A stretch of 64,000 nt of DNA from Candidatus Micrarchaeota archaeon (lineage in GTDB: Archaea; Micrarchaeota; Micrarchaeia; Anstonellales; Bilamarchaeaceae), in assembly GCA_043821365.1 (NCBI GenBank), contig JBDRCX010000006.1:96001-160000 (forward strand), in the 5' to 3' direction. Under the pieces are notes generated by a model, which was not told the origin of the DNA, ran no database searches, and was given only the letters and a program-made list of their open reading frames with translations. Shown here piece after piece: positions 18,286 through 27,976 of the stretch; the stretch's first letter is position 1, and every line of letters starts with the position of its first letter. Made by a program: the position numbers and the translations under genes.

Positions 18286-18801
18286 ATGATTCTTTCGGAT
18301 TACGACATAAAAAGAATGCTTAAGGCAAAGAAGATGGAGATACACCCACTTAATCCTGCTCAAATAGGCTCAGCAAGTGTAGATTTGACACTAAGTAAAG
18401 AATGGTATTTTTTCAAAAAATCCTGCTATGGAAAAGTGTTTGACCTGAAAAAAACAAGTTTCAAGAATGCATTTGAAAAGAAGAACAAAAAAGAAGTGGT
18501 ATTGAAACCAGGTGAAATGTGCCTTGGAAAAACCGTTGAAAAAATAAGATTGCCCTCATATATTATGGGAAAATTAGAGGGGAGAAGTAGGTATGCAAGG
18601 ATGGGATTGATAATACATACCACAAGTGCACTTGTACAACCAGGAAGCAACAACCACCAAATTTTAGAGATTGTAAATCTATCTCCATTTCCAATAAGAA
18701 TTCATGCAGGTATGCGGGTATCGCAGGTGGTTTTCCAACTGCTTGAACACCCGACAACAAAACCATACGCAAAGTTTGGTCAAATAGCAAAAAATCAGTG
18801 A
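18286..18801 (+). CDS. dcd: dCTP deaminase
   Basis: MILSD, ASVDLTL, EGRSRYARMG, VQPG, LEIVN, RVSQVVF. Confidence 0.9.
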   Translation: MILSDYDIKRMLKAKKMEIHPLNPAQIGSASVDLTLSKEWYFFKKSCYGKVFDLKKTSFKNAFEKKNKKEVVLKPGEMCLGKTVEKIRLPSYIMGKLEGRSRYARMGLIIHTTSALVQPGSNNHQILEIVNLSPFPIRIHAGMRVSQVVFQLLEHPTTKPYAKFGQIAKNQ

Positions 18802-18805
18802 AATT

Positions 18806-19423
18806 ATGAAATTCAGTAACGAGACAATAGCAACAGTAGTGATAATTATACTACTTGTTCTACTTGGTAGTTTTCTATACACTCCATTATTTGAAAACCC
18901 GGGAATGATCTTCAAAGAAGCGCCATTAATAAAAAATAAAGAATTGCAATTATTACCAGGAGAAATATATGTCTATGCATATGTGTTCAATGGAACACAA
19001 ATAAATATGACATACTCTGTCAGCGACGGTGGAAATTGTACACGAATAAGGGTTTTAGAAAGTGTGAATCTATCACAAACCTGTCTTGACAAATGGGGGA
19101 TGGACACTCAGAGGTATAATGCAACCCTAGAAAATCAGCAAATAATTTTCTTTAAACCGTGGATGCTTGCATTGAAAGACGGGTGGAAATGGAAAAATGC
19201 AATGTATATAGACTATAATGGGGCACCATACCCAGTGTCAACATCAGAATACCGAGTTATGAGATTAGAGGAGTATATGAATAGGAGTGTATTTGTAGTT
19301 GAAATAAAATCAGATGGTGGAGTAGAATACGATTGGGTTGATGCAGATAAAAGAATAATACTAAAAATGATTGGGCCTGGTTATGAGATAAATTTGGTTA
19401 ATGAAACTAATGTACCACAGTAA
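18806..19423 (+). CDS. Hypothetical membrane-anchored or exported protein
   Basis: N-terminal hydrophobic helix followed by a beta-rich body. Confidence 0.7.
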   Translation: MKFSNETIATVVIIILLVLLGSFLYTPLFENPGMIFKEAPLIKNKELQLLPGEIYVYAYVFNGTQINMTYSVSDGGNCTRIRVLESVNLSQTCLDKWGMDTQRYNATLENQQIIFFKPWMLALKDGWKWKNAMYIDYNGAPYPVSTSEYRVMRLEEYMNRSVFVVEIKSDGGVEYDWVDADKRIILKMIGPGYEINLVNETNVPQ

Positions 19424-19574
19424 GAGGTATGACGTTTTTTTCCATTTCTTGCTCAGCAACTCTGACAAAAGAAAGTGAATCTTTGCTGATTTTGATCAAT
19501 GGGGGTGCACCCATAGATAACTGAAGTGCTCTGGCACCAATTAATCTTGCAACTTCGTATTTAGTTAAATCCAT
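19407..19574 (-). CDS. rpoK: DNA-directed RNA polymerase subunit K (Rpo6); below the ORF-track length cut-off
   Basis: Manual translation MDLTKYEVARLIGARALQLSMGAPPLIKISKDSLSFVRVAEQEMEKNVIPLTVVH contains the TKYE.ARLIGARALQ..MGAP signature. Confidence 0.95.
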   Translation of the reverse strand: MDLTKYEVARLIGARALQLSMGAPPLIKISKDSLSFVRVAEQEMEKNVIPLTVVH

Positions 19575-19608
19575 TTAAGCTCACCATAAACAGTGGGATA
19601 GATGTAGT

Positions 19609-20793
19609 CTACAAAACAATATAAACATTGCCTTTCTTGCCGATTGTAATCGCAGTTTCACTATTGAATATTTTTACGATCCCAGAAACAATCTTTATTT
19701 GCATTCCTGCTTTTATTTCAGTTCCCCTACCTTCGAATAAATAGATAACACCCTCATTTCCTGTCTCGTCATTAGCAAGAATACGAACCAGTGTTGCTTT
19801 TACTCGTTTTGATTTTTGATATTCCATTGATTCTGCAGTTTTAACAATAAGAACATCCGTGTTGATATTCCTCATGCCTTGCTTGATTTTAGTTAAATTA
19901 GTTATTTTCATTTCCTTGAACTTGTTTCTAGCCATTTTGAATGCTTGTTGGATCTCCCTCTTTGCCTCGTTGATCATATGATCCATTTCTTTTTTCATTA
20001 TGGTTTCGTCGCCACCTGAAAGCATCATTGTTTCATATGCTTTCTTAAAGAAAGTGTCTGGAAGATGTTCAATTTCTTCACGTTCTTTAAGTTCTTCGAT
20101 TTCAGTTGTTTCCAATGTTGCTATCTCAGCAGAAACACGATCAAGATCTGTTCTTTTTCCAACTTCTCCTAGCTCACCAGATATTTCATCGCCTTCAAGC
20201 ACTTCTGGTTTTACTATTTCGTGTTTTTCTTCGTGAAGATGTTTCTGGCCAGGAACTTGAACAGCACCAATCTCATCAAGATCAGACATTACTTCAAGAT
20301 AACTGGTAAGAAACTCTTGCATAACCTTTCGTCCAGCTTCTTCGGTCTTTTTCCTGCTTCCATGTTGCTGATGTGCACGAAGATAAATCTTCTCTATTGT
20401 AGGCATCATTTTGCTTCTAGCAACTTCTGCCTTTTCTTTACCCAGACGTTTTTCAAAAATCTGAGTTATTGGCCTGAGCATTTTTTCTTTTACATCACTT
20501 GGTTGTTCTTCTGATTTTGTTTCTCTATCGTCATTATCTGAAGAAAAGATTTTTGCAAATGACATGAGTTCTGGTTCAGTTTGTTTTTTCTTTTCCAAGT
20601 ATTGTTGGGCAATGGCACGAACAGATGGATCCTTATCATAGCTTAGCTCAACTAGTGCAAAAACAGCTGCAGGATCATCTATTTCTCCCAATGATTTTGC
20701 CACTCTCTTACGAACTTCTGGCTTTTCATCGAATGTAAGTGATACAAGTTTGTTAATATTAGCAGTTACCGAGTCCATTATACTCAAATCCAC
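19609..20793 (-). CDS. HEAT-repeat protein with C-terminal SSB/RPA-like OB fold
   Basis: N-terminal PEVRKRVAKSLGEI..PAAVFALVELSYDKDPSVRAIA; C-terminal KITNLTKIKQGMRNIN...ANDETG...IKAGMQIKI. Confidence 0.75.
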   Translation of the reverse strand: MDLSIMDSVTANINKLVSLTFDEKPEVRKRVAKSLGEIDDPAAVFALVELSYDKDPSVRAIAQQYLEKKKQTEPELMSFAKIFSSDNDDRETKSEEQPSDVKEKMLRPITQIFEKRLGKEKAEVARSKMMPTIEKIYLRAHQQHGSRKKTEEAGRKVMQEFLTSYLEVMSDLDEIGAVQVPGQKHLHEEKHEIVKPEVLEGDEISGELGEVGKRTDLDRVSAEIATLETTEIEELKEREEIEHLPDTFFKKAYETMMLSGGDETIMKKEMDHMINEAKREIQQAFKMARNKFKEMKITNLTKIKQGMRNINTDVLIVKTAESMEYQKSKRVKATLVRILANDETGNEGVIYLFEGRGTEIKAGMQIKIVSGIVKIFNSETAITIGKKGNVYIVL

Positions 20794-20856
20794 ATTAATC
20801 TATTTATTCTTTTCATTTGAACAGCTTTCTACGCCGTTAAGGCATGGCCATTTTGG

Positions 20857-21927
20857 TCATGATTGAAGCGATTTTATTGAATTGAGACACTTCTCAATCC
20901 ATTCCATTTTGAAATTACCCATATGAGCTATCCTTAGTCCATTTTCAGCAAATACTCCTCTTGCACCAACAATCTTTATATCATATTCTGATGCAAGTTT
21001 AGATTTTATAAGTTTGGCCTGGTCTGAACTATTGCAAACAAATCCTGTGACAGTATTTGATTCGAAAGTTGGCTCTGCCATTAATTTAAATTCCATTTCA
21101 GTTAGTCTTTTTCTTGTGTATTCAGCTATTTCTGCATGCCTTTTTACTGTAGCTGGAAGTCCTCCATTTTGATCTAAAACACCAAATGCCTCTTGAAGTG
21201 CCCAAAACAAGGTTATTGCAGGTGTGTTGGGTGTTTGCTGGTCTTTTTCATATCTTTTTTTATGACGTTGAAGATTCATATAATATCCTGGAATATTTTC
21301 TCTTTTTGAATATTTTTCCACTGCTTCTTGGCTAAGCCCAAGTAATGCCATTCCAGGAGGTGCACCAATACCTTTTTGGCTCCCAGTAACAAAACCATCA
21401 ACATGGAATTCTTTCATATTGAATTCAGTACCTGGCCATGCAGAAATACCGTCTATGATAGTAAGCATTCCTTTTGATTTTGCATACTTACAAATTTCTT
21501 TTATGTGGTTTTTTACCCCGTAGCCAGTTTCATTGTACACCATGGCCAATACTTTTGCATTGCTATTGTCGATATGCTCTTTTGCCCTTTCTAAATTCCA
21601 ACCCTGGCCCCCATCTAACTTATGCACTGTTGCATCAGAATACAGACTCATTGTAGTGGCAAGATGACCTCCAAATTCTCCATTCGGAAGACAGATTGAT
21701 TTTTCTGATTTTTCACAAAGATTAAGAGCTAATGTTTCAAGGCCAAGTGCACCAGAACCAGATATTACATAGGATTCTTCTGATCCTAGATAGCCCTTCA
21801 GTCTTGTACAAAGGTCAGAATAAAGCTTGGTAAAGTCGCTGCTTCTGTGTGTTATCATCTCTTTACATTGTGCCTGAGAAATTTCATCTAAAACAGGTAC
21901 AGGTCCAGGTGCTAATAATATACTCAT
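20857..21927 (-). CDS. Class V PLP-dependent aminotransferase (serine-pyruvate/alanine-glyoxylate type)
   Basis: APGPVP, HRS..F, NGEFG, IIDGIS, TGSQKG (PLP Lys), TPNTP, LRIAHMG. Confidence 0.92.
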   Translation of the reverse strand: MSILLAPGPVPVLDEISQAQCKEMITHRSSDFTKLYSDLCTRLKGYLGSEESYVISGSGALGLETLALNLCEKSEKSICLPNGEFGGHLATTMSLYSDATVHKLDGGQGWNLERAKEHIDNSNAKVLAMVYNETGYGVKNHIKEICKYAKSKGMLTIIDGISAWPGTEFNMKEFHVDGFVTGSQKGIGAPPGMALLGLSQEAVEKYSKRENIPGYYMNLQRHKKRYEKDQQTPNTPAITLFWALQEAFGVLDQNGGLPATVKRHAEIAEYTRKRLTEMEFKLMAEPTFESNTVTGFVCNSSDQAKLIKSKLASEYDIKIVGARGVFAENGLRIAHMGNFKMEWIEKCLNSIKSLQS

Positions 21928-22046
21928 AATTTCACCTAATTAAGTAGTTATGAAGATAGGAAAATGAAAATTAAAAATAGATGCTTTTGGATACAGGAAA
22001 AAACATAAAAAACCATATTAAAAATGTTTGTAAAAAGAATATTGTG

Positions 22047-22526
22047 ATGGTAAAAAAGACAATACTAAGAACAACTGAAGCACCAGGAACAAAAAGACAA
22101 GAACCAAAAACAGAACAACTGCCGGCAGCAATAGCTCAAAGAATAATAAATGAAATGAGAGAATATGTAATAAGAGAGAGACTTTTCCCCGGAACCTGGG
22201 ATTCAAGAAATAAAGTAAAATTATTTGCACAAGATACAACAGTTGATTCATTGGATCTTGGAGATGAAATAAAAGTTATAGTTAAGAAATTATTAGAAAA
22301 AAGAATGAATATTGTTGCAGTAAATAATGTAGCAAGAACAACAGGAAGAACTGATATTGAAGGAACTCTTGAAGTTTTTAGAAACCTGAGGGCGTCTTTG
22401 ACTACTTATAGACAAACTATCGACTTACCAGAAGATTATCTTACAACTGCAATTGAACGACTGGACAGGCACATTAGCATGTTAGATAGAGCATCAGAAC
22501 TTAGTAGGAGCACAGGTTCGGTTTAG
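22047..22526 (+). CDS. Hypothetical (orphan) helical protein
   Basis: Open frame. ATG 22047 preferred over 21981 because the upstream part is AT-rich and promoter-like. Confidence 0.65.
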   Translation: MVKKTILRTTEAPGTKRQEPKTEQLPAAIAQRIINEMREYVIRERLFPGTWDSRNKVKLFAQDTTVDSLDLGDEIKVIVKKLLEKRMNIVAVNNVARTTGRTDIEGTLEVFRNLRASLTTYRQTIDLPEDYLTTAIERLDRHISMLDRASELSRSTGSV

Positions 22527-22527
22527 G

Positions 22528-22710
22528 TTGGCAGAAGGAAACAGTGAGATTACCGAGATGATCCAAGCAGCCCTTGGTGTAAATAGTACATTATTATACC
22601 ATTATCTTGGAAATGAACAAGTAAGATTTAATCAGATAATAACAACAGTAATGGCAGAGGTTAATACTCGTTTTCCTGAGCCAGTGGCTCCAAGAACCTA
22701 TGATGCCTAA
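22528..22710 (+). CDS. Small hypothetical protein
   Basis: 60-aa ORF with TTG start exactly filling the gap between neighbouring genes. Confidence 0.45.
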   Translation: MAEGNSEITEMIQAALGVNSTLLYHYLGNEQVRFNQIITTVMAEVNTRFPEPVAPRTYDA

Positions 22711-23058
22711 TTACCAATTTTTTACCTGCTCATGGACCATTAAGGAGAATGCTCTGCTTTTTTCCAAAATTGCATTTTTTATCATATTTTTATCTCTGGC
22801 ACGATAGAGATATTCATACCCACCACCTAGTTTATTTTTCTGATCTCTCTCTACAAGTTGTTTAACAGTTAACGAAGCAAGTGCACGTTGAACAACTGAA
22901 CGATCTCTTTTTGTTGCTGAAGATAACTCGGCAATGTTTGTCCATGTTTTTTTATCCAATAATTTTTGGAAAATATTAACTTCCTGTTTTGAGAGTCCGA
23001 AAGAACATTGTAAAAGATCTTTTACTGATAAATCAATACAGGATAAATTCAACTTCAT
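22711..23058 (-). CDS. Winged-HTH transcriptional regulator (TrmB/MarR-like) with N-terminal Cys pair
   Basis: CSFGLSKQEVNIF...IAELSSATKRDRSVVQRALASL...GGGYEYLY. GGTGA SD before ATG 23058. Confidence 0.8.
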   Translation of the reverse strand: MKLNLSCIDLSVKDLLQCSFGLSKQEVNIFQKLLDKKTWTNIAELSSATKRDRSVVQRALASLTVKQLVERDQKNKLGGGYEYLYRARDKNMIKNAILEKSRAFSLMVHEQVKNW

Positions 23059-23101
23059 TTTTATCACCATAATCGCGAAGCGATCAACAACCAGTTTTTG
23101 C

Positions 23102-23194
23102 CACGCTTTTTCCCAAAAAGCGTGTGTGCGTTTTTCAACAAAAAAAACATAACTCAGTTCTTTTTAAAAAACGTTTGTGCAATATTTTTGCACA
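23102..23194. promoter_or_regulatory. Two perfect inverted repeats in the regulator/glutaredoxin divergent promoter
   Basis: CACGCTTTTT-CCC-AAAAAGCGTG (23102-23124) and TGTGCAA-TATTT-TTGCACA (23176-23194). Confidence 0.6.
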
Positions 23195-23195
23195 T

Positions 23196-23570
23196 ATGAC
23201 CAATTCAAATGACAAAAAATTAGAATTGATACGAAAGAAAAAATTACAGGAGTTGAAATCTATGACAAATGAAAAACAACCAGAAGTAGATGTTTATTCG
23301 ACACCAACATGTCCATATTGTACACATGCAAAAGAGTATTTGCAATCAAGGGGAGTAAAATTCAATGATTGGGATGTTTCTGTTGATAAACAAAAGGCAA
23401 AGGAAATGATTCAGAAAAGTGGGCAAATGGGAGTTCCTGTTCTTCAGATAAATGGGAGAATAATTGTTGGATTTAATAGACCTCTTATCGACGATGCATT
23501 AAGCAGAAAAGCACCTATGAAAAGAGAAGATGCCATACAGAATATTGCATTTGATCCTTTTCAAAAATAA
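23196..23570 (+). CDS. Glutaredoxin-like protein (NrdH/YruB type)
   Basis: YSTPTCPYC, SGQMGVPV, IVGF. ATG at 23196; the track's upstream extension is promoter sequence. Confidence 0.9.
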   Translation: MTNSNDKKLELIRKKKLQELKSMTNEKQPEVDVYSTPTCPYCTHAKEYLQSRGVKFNDWDVSVDKQKAKEMIQKSGQMGVPVLQINGRIIVGFNRPLIDDALSRKAPMKREDAIQNIAFDPFQK

Positions 23571-23587
23571 ATTAAAAATAAAAAAAA

Positions 23588-26176
23588 TTATTTTTTATAT
23601 TTTGGAACTGGTTTTTTTGTAAAGTAATAGGCTCCGCCCACCACTAAACCAACTAAAGCAAGGACAAATGCTGTTGAAACGCAGTCAATTCCCTTGTCCT
23701 CTTCAACAACAGCCGGAGAGGTTGTTGTTTGATTATCTGTTGGAGTTGTTGGTGGAGCAGAAGCACTGTTTGCCGCAGCAATTGCCTGATTTGCCAATGA
23801 TTCTGCTTCTTCATAATTCCCTGCTTCATATTCTTGTTCTGCTTGTCCAAGCAATCCTTCTGCTTCAGTGGTATTTTTCCCAGAGGCTTTGGCAGATGCT
23901 ATTGCAGACTCGGCTTCTTCAATTGCTTGTTCTGCTTCTGATGGATCAGGAACGCATGTTTCATCTGTGCAGATGTAACCATCTGAACAATCAGAATCTA
24001 GCGTACACTCTGGTTGTTCTTGATCCATACAAACATTGTCAGAACAATATTGGTCTGCTGAACAGTCTAAGTCTTCACAACATCCATATGCTACACATGC
24101 ATGACTTTCTATGTAACCACATTCGCATGTAATTGGCGTACATTCATTTTGTTGGCAGACTTCATCAGAAAGACAGTCTGCATTCACATAACATTCTAAG
24201 GTTAGTCCAGGTGTTTCAACACAGTCACAGTCATCCAAGTCTTGTTTTAATGTTGCTGAATCATAGCCGCTTTTTGATGCTCTTATTATTGCTAATTGGC
24301 CACATCCATCAAATTGTATTTCACCGTTTTCATCTGTCTTACCAATTATATCTCCATTAACTTTTACTTCTGCATTTTCAACTGGATCAGAACCTGAGGT
24401 TACTGTAACAGTATTTTCTTCACAATCTGAAACAAGTTCAATTGAAAGTTCTGGATCTGAAGGAGACGGATCGTTGTTGTTTGATTGCTCATCTGCAAAC
24501 AAACCGAACACATTCCAAAAGGCCGGCATAAGAAGGAACGATGATATGGTGTTATTTTCTGTATCTAACTCTTGTTCAAATTCTTCCCAACAATCTCCCC
24601 CTTCGTATTGACATAATAAACTAACCATAGAAGATTCATCATACCCATTTGATTCTTGGTTTGACCAATGGAAAATTATATCAAAAGATGTTTCATTGTC
24701 TGCCCCCAACCACAAATATTTGCTTCTGAATGATGTCAGATTAGAGGATGGTATCTCCCACAAGGAGTCATTGATAGCATATAGATCGAAATGACTAGCT
24801 AAGAGACTGATGGACATATATGGTGAATAACCATATCGAGTATTTTGTATTAATACATCGTCAACACAAAACCCTATCGTAGAATACACATTATTATAGA
24901 ACCAAGAATCATATATTGCTGGTTGAACTACAGAATAGGCACAATCCATAGTATCATTTACACCACCTAAAGAAAGAACTCCAACATCATTGCCATGTGC
25001 AAGTGCTGATGAAAGATTTACATCTCCAGAATTTCCAAAAAATAAGAAGCCTGCAGCTCCAGCTCCTTCTCCACCTTCGCCACAGTAATTATCATGGGCA
25101 GTATTTCCGGTAAAGTTTACAACCCATGAGTATACAGTCATGAAACCAGATGGAAAAATTGGAAACTCAGTTTTAAACAATTCAAGTTGATAACAGTATT
25201 CTGGGTCTGGTATTGGTGGATTATTACGTGCTGTGTTGTTAACCAAAGTTATCAGATATGATGATTCTACGATAAACCCAGCATGATAGTTATTGTATGC
25301 TAGATTATCTTGTAAATATTCATTGTCGGTATATAAGATAAGAAACCCAACATTATTATCATGAGCTATATTTCCGATCAGATCATTATATGACGTATAA
25401 TAATCTCCTTCAACAAGAAACCCATAACCACAGTTAGACGCATTATTTTGGATTAATGTATTCCAATCTGTCCTATAAAGATAAAAGCCAAAACTACCTT
25501 CTTCTCCTCCGCCCATACAATCAAAAACAGTATTATTTACGAACGTATTATTGTAACCATGCTCCCACTCTTCATCTGCAACTACATAGAAACCTATTGC
25601 AGCATTTTCAATAGTGTTGTTGATAAATAGATTATTATCATCCGCAATATAAAATGCAGTTCCTGCATTAGATAAAATGTAATTATTAGAGATATTATTG
25701 TAAGATAAAGGTTCTACAGCATCCAATAGAATACCTCCACTATGAGAAACCAAATAGTTATTATCGATAGTATTGAAACTAGAATCAGTAAGATAAATCC
25801 CATCAACCGTATTAGTATCAAGATAATTATTCCTTATACTACCAAAAGCGGAATAGAGAAATCTTATACCAAAACCATATCCTTCAATATTACAATTCTG
25901 TACAGTTACATTGTTTGCAGTATCTACATAGACACCATAACCAGAATCAGTATGATTGAGTTTGTATAAGTTAAGACAGTCAATAGTAACATCAGAAATA
26001 TTGACATATATACAGGCTTGCGCACCTGGGCCAACTCCAACACCAGAGATATTGTTGCTTAAATTATAAACCCCAGGTCCATCTTCCTCGTCTATAACAG
26101 TACATTCTGATATCACACCATCAGCAAACGTAGTTCCTAGAACCAACAACAGAAACGCAAAAATATAGAATTTCAT
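23588..26176 (-). CDS. Large cell-surface protein: signal peptide, parallel beta-helix (NosD/CASH-like) repeats, Cys-rich repeats, helical stalk, C-terminal TM
   Basis: Repeated N.I.NN..G motifs, three EC..D.DC....C....C units, a P/T-rich linker and a TM followed by KKPVPKYKK. Confidence 0.85.
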   Translation of the reverse strand: MKFYIFAFLLLVLGTTFADGVISECTVIDEEDGPGVYNLSNNISGVGVGPGAQACIYVNISDVTIDCLNLYKLNHTDSGYGVYVDTANNVTVQNCNIEGYGFGIRFLYSAFGSIRNNYLDTNTVDGIYLTDSSFNTIDNNYLVSHSGGILLDAVEPLSYNNISNNYILSNAGTAFYIADDNNLFINNTIENAAIGFYVVADEEWEHGYNNTFVNNTVFDCMGGGEEGSFGFYLYRTDWNTLIQNNASNCGYGFLVEGDYYTSYNDLIGNIAHDNNVGFLILYTDNEYLQDNLAYNNYHAGFIVESSYLITLVNNTARNNPPIPDPEYCYQLELFKTEFPIFPSGFMTVYSWVVNFTGNTAHDNYCGEGGEGAGAAGFLFFGNSGDVNLSSALAHGNDVGVLSLGGVNDTMDCAYSVVQPAIYDSWFYNNVYSTIGFCVDDVLIQNTRYGYSPYMSISLLASHFDLYAINDSLWEIPSSNLTSFRSKYLWLGADNETSFDIIFHWSNQESNGYDESSMVSLLCQYEGGDCWEEFEQELDTENNTISSFLLMPAFWNVFGLFADEQSNNNDPSPSDPELSIELVSDCEENTVTVTSGSDPVENAEVKVNGDIIGKTDENGEIQFDGCGQLAIIRASKSGYDSATLKQDLDDCDCVETPGLTLECYVNADCLSDEVCQQNECTPITCECGYIESHACVAYGCCEDLDCSADQYCSDNVCMDQEQPECTLDSDCSDGYICTDETCVPDPSEAEQAIEEAESAIASAKASGKNTTEAEGLLGQAEQEYEAGNYEEAESLANQAIAAANSASAPPTTPTDNQTTTSPAVVEEDKGIDCVSTAFVLALVGLVVGGAYYFTKKPVPKYKK

Positions 26177-26223
26177 GAATTGGATGGGAAAGGAGATAAT
26201 AAAAACTTATTTGACAGCCAATC

Positions 26224-27021
26224 TCAGTAAATAACAATCACAGGCTCATAGTATTTTCTCACATTGCCGCCATAAATACGGGCTTCAAGCATACGTGTGA
26301 GTTCTGTTTGTGCTTCCTCTTTAGTTCTATGAAGCCACCCCAATTTCATATTAAGCCTAATTACCCGGCCAGGTATAAGATGTCTGGTTGATTTTGGAGG
26401 CAGGGGGGTGTGTGCTTGGGCTGTTTTAACAATCTCTTCTTTTGTATATGATCTTCTTATGAAAACAGATTTGTTAAGCTCAATTAATTTCTGAACTTCT
26501 TCTTCAGGAATATAATCTATTGATCCTTTTTCTAATAATGAAAAAATATAGTTTTGTTCTTCAACCATTTCCATTAATTTGTATTTTCCTGGGTTAATAA
26601 GAAAACACTCTTTTTCTTGTGACATCAACATGAAAGGAGCTTTCAGATCATCAATTGCTTTTTTTCCTGTTTCATAGTCAACTTTTTCATATTTTAATGA
26701 ATCTAATTTGAAAATTTGTTCTGGCTTCAAGCCTACAAAAGGATACCAAGTGCCAACTTGGATTTCAGGATTCATATAGTCAACTTTTTGGCAAGTTGCA
26801 AAAGGGCATTCAATTATTTCTAAAACTTTCAAGCGATGGTTCCCATCAAGAACTACGCCTGTTTTATCATCAATAATAAGCGGGTCGACAAGATGACCGA
26901 TGTTAAGCATGCCTTCTTTTAGTTTTTTAAGATTTTGAGAAATAATCTGCTCGTGAGAAAGAAGCGTCTTGACCTCTCTTATTTCTAAGCTCTTTAACAT
27001 TTCTTCTGCTAAGATTCCCAT
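26224..27021 (-). CDS. ParB-like domain protein, SerK/SbnI-type free serine kinase-like
   Basis: LSHEQI, PLIID...VLDGNHR and PPKSTRH motifs. Confidence 0.7.
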   Translation of the reverse strand: MGILAEEMLKSLEIREVKTLLSHEQIISQNLKKLKEGMLNIGHLVDPLIIDDKTGVVLDGNHRLKVLEIIECPFATCQKVDYMNPEIQVGTWYPFVGLKPEQIFKLDSLKYEKVDYETGKKAIDDLKAPFMLMSQEKECFLINPGKYKLMEMVEEQNYIFSLLEKGSIDYIPEEEVQKLIELNKSVFIRRSYTKEEIVKTAQAHTPLPPKSTRHLIPGRVIRLNMKLGWLHRTKEEAQTELTRMLEARIYGGNVRKYYEPVIVIY

Positions 27022-27112
27022 AAATCCACTGTGATAACATATGTTTAAAAGCTATCGGAAAGTGCTTCGGCAGGTGACGATTTGAAGTATAAATAGGCAC
27101 GAAGAGATTTGG

Positions 27113-27976
27113 TTATTTCACATCCATGGTGATTCCTGAACCTGAAAGCACAGAAGGAAGAGAAAATCTTAAATGGTCATGACCAACTAACAGAACACCT
27201 TGTTCAAAATCTTCTTTAGTAATTACAAGAGCAAGATAAAGTTCCCTGCAGCCAAAATTTAGTAGTAAATTTATAGTAGTTATACGATCCATAAAACCAG
27301 TGATATCAGAGGCTGCTGCAGCTTGAGTTAAAACAGTAAGATCAATAAGCGCAATACCTTCATTCACACCATTGATAGGAATCCCCCTTGGTATGAAAAA
27401 TGCTGAAACCTCATCAAAAACTGCTTTTGCACTTGCCCTCAAGTCATCTGAACCATATTGTTCGATGTATCTTTTTAGAATGGATGCGAGTATAGGAAGC
27501 CCTAGTCTGCGATAGTCTGATGAAACTTCTTGGATTATACTGTCTGCACTATCACTAATATTAAACCCGGACTTATGAGCTAGAACAAATGTATGTGAAA
27601 CTGCAATACGAAAAAAATCCTGAACATGAGGTAATGTTTCAAATAGATTATCCAAATCAACATGTGGGTCAAAACGTCGCATATATTGTAGAAGTGTTGC
27701 GTCGTCTGCAGTATTCATAACCAACATGAAATTATAAAATTCACTAATTGTTTGTATAAATGCCAGACCTGCAGTGTGTTTAAGTCTTGGATGCTCAGTT
27801 GCAACAAGAGGAACCCCCAATGTTCTTTCAAGAGATGCTTTTTCATCTGGAAAAACACCTTCCAAAAAAAGTTTTGTGCTGAAGCCTCGTGCAGTTGAAA
27901 ATCTGGCGGCAGTTATGGCTTCCTCTCGCCTTGTTGTGCTGTGATGCTCTGGAAAGACAAGAAGCCGTTTGGTCAT
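27113..27976 (-). CDS. Hypothetical protein, possible TraB/Tiki/EreA-ChaN-like metallohydrolase fold
   Basis: LLVFPEHH...LFLEG...LLVGHDH spacing. Start moved to ATG 27976 because the track's extension runs through the tRNA. Confidence 0.6.
   Translation of the reverse strand: MTKRLLVFPEHHSTTRREEAITAARFSTARGFSTKLFLEGVFPDEKASLERTLGVPLVATEHPRLKHTAGLAFIQTISEFYNFMLVMNTADDATLLQYMRRFDPHVDLDNLFETLPHVQDFFRIAVSHTFVLAHKSGFNISDSADSIIQEVSSDYRRLGLPILASILKRYIEQYGSDDLRASAKAVFDEVSAFFIPRGIPINGVNEGIALIDLTVLTQAAAASDITGFMDRITTINLLLNFGCRELYLALVITKEDFEQGVLLVGHDHLRFSLPSVLSGSGITMDVK

Noticed and set aside
22047-22710. Programmed frameshift or readthrough joining the two orphan ORFs
   Set aside because: They are in different frames, separated by 1 nt, with no slippery sequence evident; there is no evidence of fusion.
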